A stretch of DNA of 64,000 bases from Octopus sinensis (Eukaryota). How positions within the stretch are numbered: position 1 is the stretch's first letter; every line of letters starts with the position of its first letter. Below the pieces are notes generated by a model, which did not search any database, was not told the DNA's origin, and was given only the letters and a program-made list of their open reading frames with translations. Below, in pieces: positions 26,812 to 42,038 of this stretch. Made by a program: the position numbers and the translations under genes. The stretch spans positions 102,920,001 through 102,984,000 of the forward strand of contig NC_043004.1 of assembly GCF_006345805.1 (NCBI RefSeq), written 5' to 3'.

Positions 26812-28199
26812 ATAACTTCTTCAAACCCAACGTCATTTGCAAGTTCACAAAATATTTCTGAATATGATGCAGACTCTCTTCTTGTGGAAAACTGAGAAAA
26901 TCACGGACACAGTTTGACCCTATATTTCTCTAAGCATCATTCATCTCATGATTCAGCAATGTTATATACAGCGTCCACTATGTAGAACCTCTTCCAGAAG
27001 CCCCTAACTGTAGGTTTATCCGCGCCACCTATCAGCTGCTTTCATAAGTTGTTTGAAACATCTTTGCAAGTAAAATATTTTGAAGTTAGCTATCATACTT
27101 TGATCAATTGGCTGGAGCAAAGAAGTTGTATTGTTTGGAATATAAATTCTACTCCCGTATTATCAGGAAGCTCTTTTAGGTTTATTTGGTGGCTTGTTGC
27201 ATTGTCTAAAAGGAGCAATGCTCATACATTCATACAAACATTCACATATGTCTTGGCTACATTTAGGTTCTCCAGTTGTAAACAATACTTTATAATTGGC
27301 TAAAAATCAAGAAAGGGTCTTCTGGTTAAGAATAAAGTGTAACTTTTAAATTGATACAAAACCAACGAGGAGCACTTTCAGTTGCAACAGCAGCAGTAAC
27401 AGTAGCAGCCGCAGTACTATTGTTCTACTACTACTTCTACTACTACCTACACTATCATCACCGCTATCTCTACCACAACCATCATAGCTACCACCAGCAC
27501 TACCGTCACTATTATTGCTGCCATGGCATCACTACCATCACCATCATTATTACCAGCACCAGTACCACCACTACCATTACTATTACCATCACAACAGCCA
27601 CCAACACTAGGATTTCCCCTTCCCCAGAACTACTAACAGCACTATTACTACAACAAATTATCACTACGTGGAGGCCTCTATGAGATCACACAATCAGCAA
27701 AAGACTGCAGTTAATTCTTTCTCAAATACTTCTTTGCCGTCTTAAACATTGTTAAATATACAGGAAACATGAATTTTAAATATAAATATGCCACAAAACG
27801 TGTAAGGATGATCTTGGCATGATGAATACCGGCAAATGGATGTCTTTCCGACACAGAAATATTTTTCCAGACGAATCTGAACGCCAACATAGAGAGACAT
27901 AAGGCATAAATCTGTGTAAACCGAGCTCTCGTGTCTACAAAATATTCACATTAACAGCAGCATTTACAAATACTTCAGACAAATACTAGAACTTACGGGA
28001 AAACAACAATTTCAACAAAAGCACCAGCGATAAATGTACAAAGCATCGTTTATGAAAACCAGAGACTCCCTCAAACGCATTACAGTAAGACAACAACACA
28101 CAGTAGAAATAAAAATAAACTCAGCATCAGAGGAAATAATAATAAATAGATAAACCACTCAAAATCGGAAGCCTAGTAAACGCTACATAAAGTGTTTAC

Positions 28200-29730
28200 T
28201 GACATTAAAACACTATATAATGTAATTAGCTACAGCAGCCACGCCACTCTGTCACAATAGCAACCTCGAATAATATATTATCACTGTAATACCAAGCAAA
28301 CTTTCTTATCAGAAGATATCTTTCAAACATTAACCATTACAAACCACAAGACGACTGAAACAGAACGAAAAAATAACCACGTTCCGTTTAGACTGCGATT
28401 ATATACACGAACGTAAAAGCAACTAGGAAATCTAAAAATTCGAAAGTCTCCAGGCTTTCAATATTAGAAATAAAACACCTAGGGTCTTAGAGAAGCACTA
28501 CAGCCACGAGCATCAACTGTTGCTCGAACCAAGGTTGTCAAATTCCCAGAATCTGGAAGCTGGACAAAACGACAATTCTAATGTCTCTTACTATGCCTTC
28601 GCTCAACAAGTCCAGAAAAGCTAATCTTTGATATAGCTTATACTCAGGTCCTAAGCACTTAATCACAACACGAATTCAAGCCACTACTCAACCACCACTC
28701 TATTCACAAATCTAACACAGAAAATATATGATGACTTCAGCAACAAAATTTCACCCACGCATATCATTCAGACTACCATCTACTGAATAACCTCTAAAAA
28801 AAAGAAAAAAGAAAAGACAGCATAAAACGCTCACTAGCAATCTTATCAGTCAGGCAACTAAGAATAATAATGTGTATAAGAGTAATAGTTCTAAAACCTG
28901 AATTCCACTTGGTGTACCACAAGGAACTATCATCTCGCCCACTCTTTATAGCGTATATCTACACGACCTGCTCACAACATTACAAAATACACAGACAGCT
29001 TCACATGCACATGACATCACATCCACATTCATTCTCTAGACACTTCTGCACAACTATTCCAAGCAGCCCCCTCCTTTAAGTAACTTTGAAAGCTAGCTCC
29101 ATAACAACGGACTAAAAGACAAAATCCACTACCTGTCTTCTCACTAAGCGATACTAGAGAACATCAAAAGCAAGCAAGCATAACAATCAGTAATATAACA
29201 TTACAAACATCGAAGATTAAAACACAACAAAGTTAACAACAATAACTCAACAACATTCCGGACACTAATTGAAGACATGCTAAAGAAAACAAAACGACGT
29301 ATAAAGATGCTACTTAGAGAACCATAAATACTGCATTTGGCCAACATGAAGACACAAGAACAGTGGTGAACAAGCAATGCATTAGATGCATCATGGACTC
29401 TGCCAATCCTACTTGGGCTCTCAGTTCGCCACACAAACCGCAATAAACCACCTATTACATAAAACAGTGTACTGTATTTCATATCAAGTTGTACACACAT
29501 CATACCTACATGCAACCTATAAAACGAAACAAAAGTTCTAAAAATGAAGAACCACTTGGACATGTGGAGGAACCAGTTTGTTGCCGCACTATGTTTCAAT
29601 CATTAGAGTTACTCGGATTAGGTGACAAAAATCTCCAGAACATCTACAAACGCCCAGACATGTATACAGCAACTCAGAGCGCTATTACACAATCCAAAAT
29701 CATTAAACACTATTTCTCTTACTCAGCCCG
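28200..29730 (+). pseudogene. Heavily decayed LINE ORF2 (RT and C-terminal region, I/Jockey-group-like)
   Basis: IPRIWK at ~28542, GVPQGTIISPTLYSVYLHDL at 28911-28970, degenerate C-terminal motifs; many stops and frameshifts. Confidence 0.65.
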
Positions 29731-29734
29731 GACA

Positions 29735-30410
29735 CGAAATATTTTTCCCACGAGAGTTCCGGACCCCAGTAATGAACTCATTTGCATATGGCCAATCAGA
29801 GCTCACCTTGAAAATCCACACACTGTGTACTACTACAGTACAGCCAATCAAGCATAGAATGGTGTATGCCACTCAATGAGTACAGCATAGCAAGTCTCAC
29901 ATAAGCACCACCTTACCTCCTTCCACCATTCTCATAGATCAGTTGAGCACCATCTCTATATGGAGCTAACATTAGGTACCTTTGCTCAGACTGAGATTAG
30001 TGATACTGCATGTACCCATTAATATATGCAAGAAAGGCGCAATACGACACAACGCCTTATTGATTACGATGTTTCCAGATCAACAGCAACATTTTAAATT
30101 AGGAATGTACAAAATCAGTAAAAAAATTAGGAAACTACACTCATTTACATTTTCTAGTAACTTACGCAAATTGGCAACACTTATGGCATCATCGGTGAGC
30201 AGCTCTCCATTCACTTTATACACTAAATTTCACATTTGTCAACCCTATTAACACGGTTAGAACGGTTAGATTTTTGCTATAACGCACATTTTCCACTGAA
30301 CTCAACCAGAGTATTTTCGTGACTAGGTGGACACTAGTTTGATAGCTGAGCTCTGATTGGCTGTATGCAAATGAGTTCATAACTGGGGTCTCTCGTGGGA
30401 AAAAATTTCG
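29735..30410. mobile_element. ~680-bp element bounded by ~65-70-bp inverted repeats, each with octamer and CCAAT motifs
   Basis: 29735-29805 vs reverse complement of 30347-30410; ATTTGCAT 29780-29787, ATGCAAAT 30365-30372. Confidence 0.7.
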
Positions 30411-31143
30411 CAACCCGGACAGGCATAAAAGATTCGTGCATACAGAAAAAGCTGCGGCATCAAAAGCCGCATTGGGTTCAAATACTTGAATGCGCTGCAT
30501 ACCATCAATAATAAGTGCAGTGAAACGATTGTAGAACTCTGGCTTAGTTCACCTTGTTAGCTTCCGCTGTCGTCTCCTCCACAATCTATCGGCTTACACT
30601 GGACGGCAGAGGTTGTGCAACATGTCGAGATCTTCACACGGCACCCTATACGATTCTCCACTGCATGTTGGAATGTGAAATATGATCCTCAGTTAGACAG
30701 AAGCAGGGTATAACTGGGAAGGTGGAACTGTGGGTTGTGCCTCGTTCGGCCGACTTATTTGCGTAGAGTAGGCCTTTTGGATCAGGGTTGACTCCAGGTT
30801 ACACAACAGCAACGACACGGACATGAAAGCATTATGTGAAAACGTTAACCACACTAATTAACTTCACCCACTTCAGCCAGCCAGGGAACCTCTATATGGG
30901 CGCTCAATTTGCTAGAAATAGCAACTAAGTTTCCTTCAGATTACACACTACTGTCTTGAAAAACGAAAAGGCGCAGATAATGCTATCTTAAAAGCTCCTT
31001 AAAAAGATCTGATTGTCATGTCATGAATGATTCTCATTACTGGTCGACTGGATCTGGATCATTTGAGAATAAGAAAAAAAAAACCTTCCCAAAAACAAAA
31101 AACAAAAACAAGCAAACACGAAAACGTTTACCCGTACCATCAA

Positions 31144-31181
<38 letters not shown>

Positions 31182-31295
31182 TCACCGCCACCACCGCCAT
31201 CCCACCACTACTACTACTATCACCACCACCACCGCAATCCCACCACTACTACTACTACTACTACTACGTTGATCCTTTTCATCATTATGTCACCG

Positions 31296-31341
<46 letters not shown>

Positions 31342-31900
31342 ACCATAACCTGCATCACCCTCAAAACAACGATCACCACCATCACTATCACGACCATTAT
31401 CATAAGCAATGGGTTAACCATTGTTGTTTGTTTGTCTTTTGTTTGTCAATGTCAGAGAAAAGGACCAGTTGACACTTGGACATGGCGGGTTAGCATTATC
31501 ATTTGGCACCTGATATTTTCCTTCGCAGTGGGGTGTCCCTACTGTATTTTTTTTTTGTTTTTAATATATATTCACGTTTGTCGGTGACATCGTCTCTGCA
31601 GCACACCGGAAACAAGCAGAGAAGAAACTAGAAGAAACTAGAAGAAACTAGAAGAAAAAAAAAAAAAAGGAAAGGAAAATACTCAAACAATTAGTGAGTT
31701 GGATTTCAGACGTACAGAGAAATGGAAGAAGCAGACGATAAAAGAAAAAAAAGATGAAAAAAAAAAAGCAGCAAATCGTCTCCGTCGACGCCATTATTTA
31801 ACATCGCCAGCAGAAGGTAGTTTTTAGAGAAAACTGGATATTGGAAGGGTACAAATAAGGAGAATGGAGTGAAGCAGACAGAAATGATGATTTCATAAGT

Positions 31901-31931
<31 letters not shown>

Positions 31932-32729
31932 AGAGACAGAGAGAGAGAGAGAGAGAGGAAGAATGAGGAGAGAAAAGATGTAGTAGGGTGAGATGAGAAA
32001 GAGTGAAGATATGTCTCGGAAGGGAAAGAAAAAAAAACTGTAAAGAACAAAGAAAATAGGTTGGGTAGGATGTGGGGAGAGAGAGAGAGGGTGGGGGGGG
32101 GGAAGAGAGGCAAAGAGAAGGCGATGCCATTCAGATTGATTGTTAACGTAAATTCTTTTTCTAGTCTGTAAATCTTTCTCTTTCCTCTCTTTCCTTTTTT
32201 CATCTTCAGCTCCTCTCTCCGATTTCCTTCTCTATTTCCCCATTTTTCTCCCTCCTTCAATCTCTGTCTCTTCCACCCTTTTTTGCCCCATCTCTCTCTC
32301 TCTGACACAAGTCTATACGTTGTGCAATCGTAGAAAACCAGAAATCAAAATGGAATCTCCGCCAGAACATGCCTCTCACCCATTGATGCATACCACGCTC
32401 AACACACAGAGATTCGGATACAAACGTACGCTTTATACATGATTTTATAAATTAATTCTGTATTTTTGTATAATTTATATCTGACTTCCTTTGAACCATA
32501 ACTCTTCATGACAAGTTCAGACAATTTTTTTTCTCCATGTCAAGTCCAGACCATTCTTTCCTTCGTGCCAAACTGAGACCCTTATTTTGCTTCCCACACT
32601 CTTCTGTTATTTCCTGATCTTCAGAGCCACACGGAGTACCACGGTCTATTCTTACATTTTTCTTGAACAGTTACTGTTCGCAATAATATTGTTAATAATG
32701 GTTTCACATTTTGCCACAAAGGCAGCTAT

Positions 32730-33068
32730 TTTAGGGGAGGGGATGAGTTCGATTACATCGACTCCAGTGTTCAACTGGTACTTATTTTATTGACCTCGAA
32801 AGGAAGAAAGGCAAAGCCGACATCGGCGGATCTCGAACTCAGAGTGTAGCAGCAGACTAAATACCTATTTCTATTTCTTTACTACCCACAAGGGGCTAAA
32901 CACAGAGAGGACAAACAAGGACAGATAAACGGATTAAGTCGATTACGTTGACCCCAGTGCGTAACTGGTACTTATTTAATCGACCCCGAAAGGATGAAAG
33001 GCAAAGTCGACCTCGGCAGAATTTGAACTCAGAACGTAGCGGCAACGTTTCTGCCAGCTCACCGCTTT
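32730..33068 (-). mobile_element. Dimeric family-2 SINE (internal deletion in head)
   Basis: Two central domains, same junction. Confidence 0.75.
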
Positions 33069-34870
33069 AGATTGCTTGAATATTGAATGGCAGCCTGTGG
33101 GGAATGAGTCTGACGTGCTTGGTAAATACGTTGGATACGATTTGATTTCTTATTGAAGCGTAATCTTCGTAGTGTTTATCAGACCTTAGAATGATTGTGA
33201 CAGGATAAAGATTTCAAGCACATGAAAGTGATGAAGGGAACATTGTACAAGTCCTTAGCTTTTTTTTTTTTCAAGTAAAAGATATTTATTAATTTTGCAA
33301 TTTAATGTAATGACAAGAGGAAAATGTTCCTGGGGTGCCTTCAGCATGGAGAACATTTAGTTAAGTACAGGCGTAATGTATTCAGATAAAAAAAAGAACT
33401 AGGGAGCACCTTGTTAAATTGCATTCAACCACTTGAATTTTCACCAAATAATTTTAAAAAAACGCAATTTTGATAGAGTTTTGCTTGTTGATGACGAAAA
33501 TCGCATTTATATTTCTACAAATTCATAAGAAAGAAGTTACATTTAAAGTTATATAATTTTAGCCAATCGAAAGCTTCCTGTCTGGTGAAAATTTGAAATA
33601 CTTCAAATGGGTGGAAGAAATTTAACAAGATCCCAAAATTGCATAATCACTTGAAATTAGTCCAGTAAGTCCGAGAGCATAAACAAAATACGATCTGGTT
33701 TGAAATAACCTTGTCCTTGGTTACACCAAAACTAGAACCAACAATTTCTCCACCGATGATGCAATCCTTGTTCTTTTGTCTCTCACACCACATCTTTATT
33801 ATTACCATTTCCGCTGTATCTCTTCCATTCGGACATTCTTCAAATTTTGCAAACTTTGTAACACACTACATTACTTCTTTGATATCCACAGCAACACTCA
33901 TGAAGTCCTCAAACCCCCAGTTTGCCCATCCAGTTATTTCATTGGCCGTCGCTCAGTCACACCTAACCTCAGCATGTACAATAAAAAAGAAAAAGCCTCA
34001 TTTCCATAGCAACCGTTTTTTTTTTTTGTTTGCAAGAAATGAACCTACGCCTCTCTTCCCGTCATTTAATCCCCTCCCTTTCTTATCTCACCTCAAGGGC
34101 CCTCTTTCTGCAATTGAAAATATCTTATATCTATATTGTCTCTAAGTATACAGGTATGTATATAGGAATGTATGTTTGGGTGTGTGTACTCCTACGAACT
34201 TGTGTTGCGGTAATAGTGTATGTAAGTTCACGTGAGTGCCTGTATGTGTGTACGTAGGCTTGTATTCATACGGATGTATGTGTAAGTGGACATATTTTAT
34301 TTTGTGGCATGTCGTTTACAACCACTGATTAAATATTTCAATTATTCAACTAGAAATATTCTGAAGGCGTCAATATATCTAGGTGCAGTTTATCTTTGAC
34401 TTCCGCTTCCTGTATTTAAATGGCTCTATTTCTTTTCGCTTTGTTTTGAGGTCTCGGCTATTTTTACGCCCTGCTTCTCCAGTTCTTTGCTTCTCTATTT
34501 TACACCTTGGACTTCTGACTCTCGCGCCACCTCTCATTATTTCGACCTTCTTTATCTCTCCATTATACTATCCAATTTCTTATATAATTTCGCGAGCGAA
34601 ATTTGAGAGAGGTAACAGCGTGAAAGCCTAACGAAAGGACGGTTCATGTGTGGTAGATGCAATCTATCATCCGGTTAACACCGCCACCCGAGCCCTTGGA
34701 TACTTTTGATAGAGTTCAGTATATTGCAAGCATTCGAATCGAGGTTTCAATATGAGGACACTGTCTTCCTCCCACTAGTTTCAGATGTCAAGAGAAAAGT
34801 TGTGGGTGTTGCTTTTCCTTCTCTAACTATGACAGAAAAAAGCAACAGCACAGCTTTGTTATTTCTTCCC

Positions 34871-34903
34871 TCTCAGGTGAAGAGCAAAACTCGAAACGTT
34901 AGA
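34871..34903 (+). ncRNA. Degenerate minimal hammerhead-like motif
   Basis: TCT-CAGGTGA-A-GAG(CAAAA)CTC-GAAA-CG-TT-AGA; two core substitutions. Confidence 0.4.
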
Positions 34904-35426
34904 TTCTACACTCTTCAAGGAAAGGTCACTGGATTCGCCTATGAATCTCATTGCATATTAATGGTAAGGCGTAAATAGTAAGAAAATATTTCAACAATGA
35001 ATGGAAATGCGCCTTTTATCATCCTAACTAAAATATATCATGTGAAAACGCATGGCCTAGTAGTTGGTGTGTTGGACTCGCAATTATAAGGTCATGGGTT
35101 CGATTCCTGGTCCAGGTGGTGTATTTTGTCCTTGTGCAAGACACTTCATTTCACATTGCTTCAGTCTACTCATCGGATGATGAGTATCAGCAAAGGACTA
35201 CTGCAACCCTTTCTCCCTTTAACTGTCATCACCCCAAGTTTCCGTTGGATCAATAGTGGAAAGGGTGAAACTGTGTTCCTGTCTGCTCGCGATAACATAG
35301 GCACCTAACAATAAGTGATTAAATAAGTATTTTGTATATTCAATTTAGAACTTCCTCGCAGTTGGAATTTTTTTCCAGTCATGTTGGGAATCACTATATG
35401 AGAATTAGTAATATACTGGTGCCAAC

Positions 35427-35835
35427 AAGGCGGTGATCTGGCAGAAAGAGTGGCGAACTGGCAGAAACGTTAGCACACGGGTAAAATGCTTTGCGGTATT
35501 TCGTCTGCCGTTACGTTCTAAGTTCGAATTCCGCCGAGGTCGACTTTGCCTTTCATCCTTTCGGGGTCGATTAAATAAGTACCAGTTACACACTGGGGTC
35601 GATATAATCGACTTAATCCGTTTATCTGTCTTTGTTTGTCCTCTCTGTGTTTAGCCCCTTGTAGGTAGTAAAGAAATAGGTTTTTCGTCTGTCTTTACGT
35701 TCTGAGTTCAAATTCCGCCGAGGTCGACTTATCCTTTCGGGGTCGATAAATTAAGTACCTGTTGCATACTAGGCTCTATCTAATCGACTGTTCCCCTCTC
35801 CAAAAATTTCGGGCCTTGTGCCTTGATTAGAAAAG
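35427..35835 (+). mobile_element. Dimeric family-2 SINE, 17-bp TSD
   Basis: AATATACTGGTGCCAAC at 35410-35426 and 35836-35852. Confidence 0.9.
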
Positions 35836-36133
35836 AATATACTGGTGCCAACTAAGCCAACTGAATCGGGTGTACTCACACCTGCAAATACTTGTCTTGT
35901 CTCTAGATGTTAATATTTTTCCTTAATAGAGATAATGCCGAAAATTTTTAAGGTGACTATTACTGATTATATCTTCTCTGAACTCAGTGCGTAAATGTAT
36001 GCCACAGCCATGGTCAAAAGTTTGGAACATATTTTCATATACGTGATGTACTAACTTCTGTTTATTATAAGCAAGCAATTTTGTCTAGAATTATGTTTTT
36101 GATTTTGCCTATATTTTCTTTTTGATATTCTTT

Positions 36134-36527
36134 TCTACTCTAGGTACAAGGCCCAAAATTTTTGGGGAGGGGACCAGTCGATTAGATCGATCCCAGTATG
36201 CAAATGGTACTTAATTTATCGACCTCAAAAGGATGAATGGCAATGTCGACCTCGGCGGAATTTGAACTCAGAATGTAACGTCAGACGAAATACCTATTTC
36301 TTTACTACCCACAAGGGGCTAAACACAGAGAGGACAAACAAGAACAGACAAACGGATTAAGTCGATTATATCGACCCCAGTGCGTAACTGGTACTTATTT
36401 AATCGACCCCGAATGGATGGAAGGCAAAGTCGACCTCGGCGGACTTTGAACTCAGAACGTAGCGGCAGACGAAATACTGCTAAGCATTTCGCCCGGCGTG
36501 CTAACATTTCTGCCAGCTCGTCGCCTT
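36134..36527 (-). mobile_element. Dimeric family-2 SINE, inverted relative to 35427-35835
   Basis: Same dimer architecture. Confidence 0.85.
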
Positions 36528-37142
36528 CGTATTCTTTTAGGTATTGGACCATTGGATCAGTTATTAGGTAAGTATATCTCTACGTTGTATATATTTGAAT
36601 AGAGTTGTACTTGGGCATAACAACTAAATTTTTAAAAAAGTATGTTCTAGACTTTTGGCCACGACTGTAAGTACTGCAAAGCTATTTGTCTAGCGCTCAA
36701 GGGATGCTGCCAATTCACGTTGATTTTGAGACATGATAGGGTAGTAAATTAACAGAAGTAGGGTAAAAATGGCCATACGGTATTTAGTGACGCTTCTCTA
36801 CATTCGAATTTCACGTCTCGCCTAACTCAAATTTGTCTCCCAGCCTTCCGACGACGATAAAAAAAAGTAGTTTACGCACGTGTTTGTCTGATAGGATTCT
36901 AATGATATGAACGCTGTTGAAGGTTTTGCGACTGAAACAATGCCAGATTTCTATCAAACATTGGTCTTTTTTAGAACAGTATTCATTCATTTGGACAATT
37001 TCTGTCTTTATTCCCACTCTAAGAACTCCTACGCAGTAAGACATCTCTGCACACAAACTTTGCACACACCTCATATTCTTTTCCTTTTTCATTGTTAACA
37101 AGTTGTTTATAATCTATATTGACCTCTTTCTCCATTCATTTT

Positions 37143-37368
37143 GCTGTGGCTGTGTAGTTGAACAGTTTGCCTCTCAACTATATGATCTTGGGTTCAGTCT
37201 CATTTACCCGGCAAATTGGAAAAGTATTTTCCACTACAGCCTCGGGCCGACTAACGCCTTGTGAATGGATTTGGTGGACGGAAACTGAATGAAGCCGACG
37301 TTAGTTAATTAAATTGAAATCATACCAGCGAAAACGACGAATTTCTCCTTGTTTGTTCTCGCGCGCGC

Positions 37369-37439
<71 letters not shown>

Positions 37440-37452
37440 ATATCAATATCTA

Positions 37453-37493
<41 letters not shown>

Positions 37494-37499
37494 CTCACC

Positions 37500-37591
<92 letters not shown>

Positions 37592-37725
37592 TATCTATCT
37601 ATCTGTGTGTGTGTGTGTCATTGTGTTTGCCCAGCTACCACTGCTTGACAACAAATGTTGGTTTGCTTATGTCTCCATAACTTTGCGATTTGGCAAAGAG
37701 ATCAATAGAAGGGGTACCAGGCTTT
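37143..37725 (+). mobile_element. Old family-1 SINE split by expanded (TA)/(TATC) microsatellites; another split copy at ~38385-39150
   Basis: Head 37143-37300, mid-body 37620-37725. Confidence 0.6.
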
Positions 37726-37837
37726 AAACACACACACACACACACAGAGAAACACACTACACATATACACACACACATACATACATACACACATACATAC
37801 ATACATACATACATACATACATACATACATACATACA

Positions 37838-37871
<34 letters not shown>

Positions 37872-37985
37872 CATATACTGTATATATATATATATAGAAT
37901 GAGTCTAGAAATTATTATCCCCACCCGGTCCACGAAATCTTGCTTATGCTTCGTTTGACTTGCAAATCCAAAAGAGTGTGATATC

Positions 37986-38147
37986 CAGTGTTGCCTTAAG
38001 GCATACTGGCATTTCCCCAGGGGCCTCATGGCTCTACGGACCCAATTATTGTCTATGTATGGTAGAACTCGCTGTCAGTAAATAGATACCATAGGTCCCA
38101 GTGCACTGGTTTGCCCAGGCACTTATTATACTGTTATGACGGTTCTG
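37986..38147. mobile_element. Degenerate hAT-like MITE
   Basis: CAGTGTTGCCTTAA / GTTATGACGGTTCTG ends, GC-rich subterminal motifs; no TSD seen. Confidence 0.4.
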
Positions 38148-38896
38148 CTGCTAACTCTAGTCTATACCCTCTATTGACATTTGTGCTATCTTAGAAATCA
38201 GTATTTGAACAGTTAGGCAAAAAGACATGGAGTGGAATCAACTGTGAATATTCTTTTGATTTTATTTTCCTGTGTTCTTCGTATCTGCATCCACACTTTA
38301 TCAGAATATTACATACATACTTCGTTCAATACAAAATAAGTAAAATAAAATATATAAAAAAGATAAAGAATATAAATAAATTACTGCAGCTCCGTGGGCC
38401 GACTAACACCATGTGAGTGAATTTGATCGACTTGAAATTGTATGGAAGACCGTCGTATACACACACACACACACACACACAGCCACACATACAATGTGTG
38501 AGAGGGCGCGAAGTAGGCAGGATATAGATAGCCACAGAGTAGTGCTCAGACAGATACGAACTTAAAACTCAATCCCTGCATCCAGACCGGGTGCCCCAAG
38601 CGTCAAAAGTTAACTATAAGAATGATCCAGAAAAGCAGATAAGCGCGAGTAGGCATCATGTATATATTTACATGGACTACAAAATACAGAATATGGAAAA
38701 AAGGAAATAAAGTAAACAGAAGGAGTTATGTTGTAATCTTATCTTGACGGCTGTTTCGAGAGTATCAGGCTTATGTCGTAAACACGTTCATACAAAATAA
38801 AGATCCATAATGTTGTAGGTGTATATAGTAACAGAAGATCCTATGGACCTTTTAAGCAAGGCCAAGTTATCCTTGTTGGAAGATGACAAATTCCAT

Positions 38897-38937
<41 letters not shown>

Positions 38938-39582
38938 TTGTGTTTGTTTCCCCGCCCCCATAATTTGACAACCGCTATCGATTTGTTTACACAATCGTAA
39001 CTTAACAGTTCGACAAAAGAGTCCGATGGAATAAGTATCAGACTTTAAAAAAATAATAAATAAACTACTGGGGTTCGACTAAATTCTTCAAAGCGGTGCT
39101 GCATCATGGCCGCAGCCCGGTGACTGAAACAAGTAAAAGATAAAAGATAAATATTTACATATTTTGGGGCGAAAAATATTTTCTCGCTCATCTCGCTGAG
39201 TCACGGCTGTTTGCTCGTTTTTATTGGTCCGTAATATATAATATTCATTTAGATAGCCGCCATTTCAATTCATAATTTAGCATTGATACAGAGATGGTTT
39301 TGTAAGTAATGTAATACTCTTATGTCAATAATTTGAACACACCTGTTGAGTTCTCTTCCTTATTTGTATAGAGGAGTTTCTCTTAGGAAACAAAAATAGT
39401 ACAGCGTTAATTTTTAAATGTTTTTATTGCTATGTGTGTTTTAATCTATTTTATATATGCAAACATTCCTATATTTATAAATATTTATTTACCTGAATGT
39501 ATATTTGCTTACTTTTTCACAAACTTCTCCATTGACCAATTAGTCGACAACCCCATCTAAATATCTGTCTATCAGTCAGTCA

Positions 39583-39632
<50 letters not shown>

Positions 39633-39692
39633 TACATGCAAGTAGTTAAGCTTGAGTGTATGTATGTATGTATGTATATATGTGTGGTAAGT

Positions 39693-39723
<31 letters not shown>

Positions 39724-39766
39724 TGAGTGTGTGTGTGTGGTGTGTGTGTGTGTGTGTGTGTGTATG

Positions 39767-40162
39767 TTAAATAAAATGAGATAACAAAGCTAAGGCTGTG
39801 TGGAATTTTCAGGGCATTTATAAAGAGAAAGTTAGTCTTACAGCTATTTCTGGGATATTAGGGATACCCCTTCATCAGAGACGATGTGAGATGGTTAAAT
39901 AGAGGGAAATATTAGAGTTCAATATGAGGAGTTATTTTGGAAAAGGAAACAAATAAGGAGTATATAGGGAAATAGGAGAATGAATGTAGATATAGAAATA
40001 AAACTCTATGTAAGATGTTATAGTTGCAGTTCCATTATCCAAGGAAAGTGGTGAGTAGAATGGGTAGAAATGCTTCTTGTCCATGGTATGTAAATTCCGA
40101 TATGAATTCATATTTTGTCATATGGAAAGTGTGGAGACGTAGATTCCATGTGCTGTTCACTC
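39767..40162 (-). mobile_element. Non-coding Penelope-like repeat carrying a hammerhead motif (copy 1)
   Basis: Homologous end to end with 55788-56119; contains hammerhead motif. Confidence 0.6.
39835..39882 (-). ncRNA. Minimal type-I hammerhead ribozyme-like motif
   Basis: GTCT-CTGATGA-A-GGGGTAT(CCCTA)ATATCCC-A-GAAA-TAGCTG-TA|AGAC. Confidence 0.6.
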
Positions 40163-40673
40163 GTGTGTGTGTGTGTGTATTTGCCTCTTTTTAACCCACG
40201 CACTTAAATTCTACTGACCTATCTACATGCCTACCTACCTGCCTGCCTGCCTACCTACCTACCTACCTACCTACCTACCTACATACATACATACATACCT
40301 ATCTACCTCTTTCTCTCTCTATCTGTCTGTCGGTTTGTCTGTCTCTCTGCCTTCTCTCTCTCTTTTTCTTCCTCTTTCTCTCTCTACTGTTTGCTTGCAT
40401 GTCTATATGTCTATCTATTTGCCTGTCTGTCTAAAACCTACTCGTTTGCCAAAAATTCAGCTGTATCCTTTCCCTGCACCTTAAAATTCATTAACTCCCT
40501 ATCAACCCCCTTATTTCTAATCTTAATAGATGACCGCTCAACTCCTAACGTTATATTGTGCACCAGCCCCTAATTACGCAGTCTTTTTCTTGTAATAGTT
40601 TTCTTTTACACGTTAAATCGACAACTTTTTGGAACTCTCTTGCAGACAATTTGCTTTTTTCACAATTGATGTA

Positions 40674-41640
<967 letters not shown>

Positions 41641-42038
41641 ACATATTCATAAATGATTATTAATTGGGATCTATTCAGCTTTAATCACAGATTTTTAAAA
41701 TTAATTTTAACTAAACAATTTGAAACTTCGAATACTGGTAGAATTTCTCACGTAGAACATGGTTTACTCTTAAAGTTTTATGACAAAATTTTGTATTTTA
41801 GAAGTTATTTCGTGTTAAAGTTGTCGTATTTGGGTGATTTTAAACAATCAATGACGTGTATTTAGCTCAAGAAATGTACTGCTGTTTGCAGAAGAGCAAC
41901 AACTTCCGGGTCATCTCTACTAAATGCATTTTTCAACCGCCTGTGGTTTATTCGAATGGTTCTTTAGCTTGGCTGCTGTGTTTTTGGATATTTTTACTTA
42001 GTATCTGTGATTAATTTCACCACTCTGTTCTATTTTAT

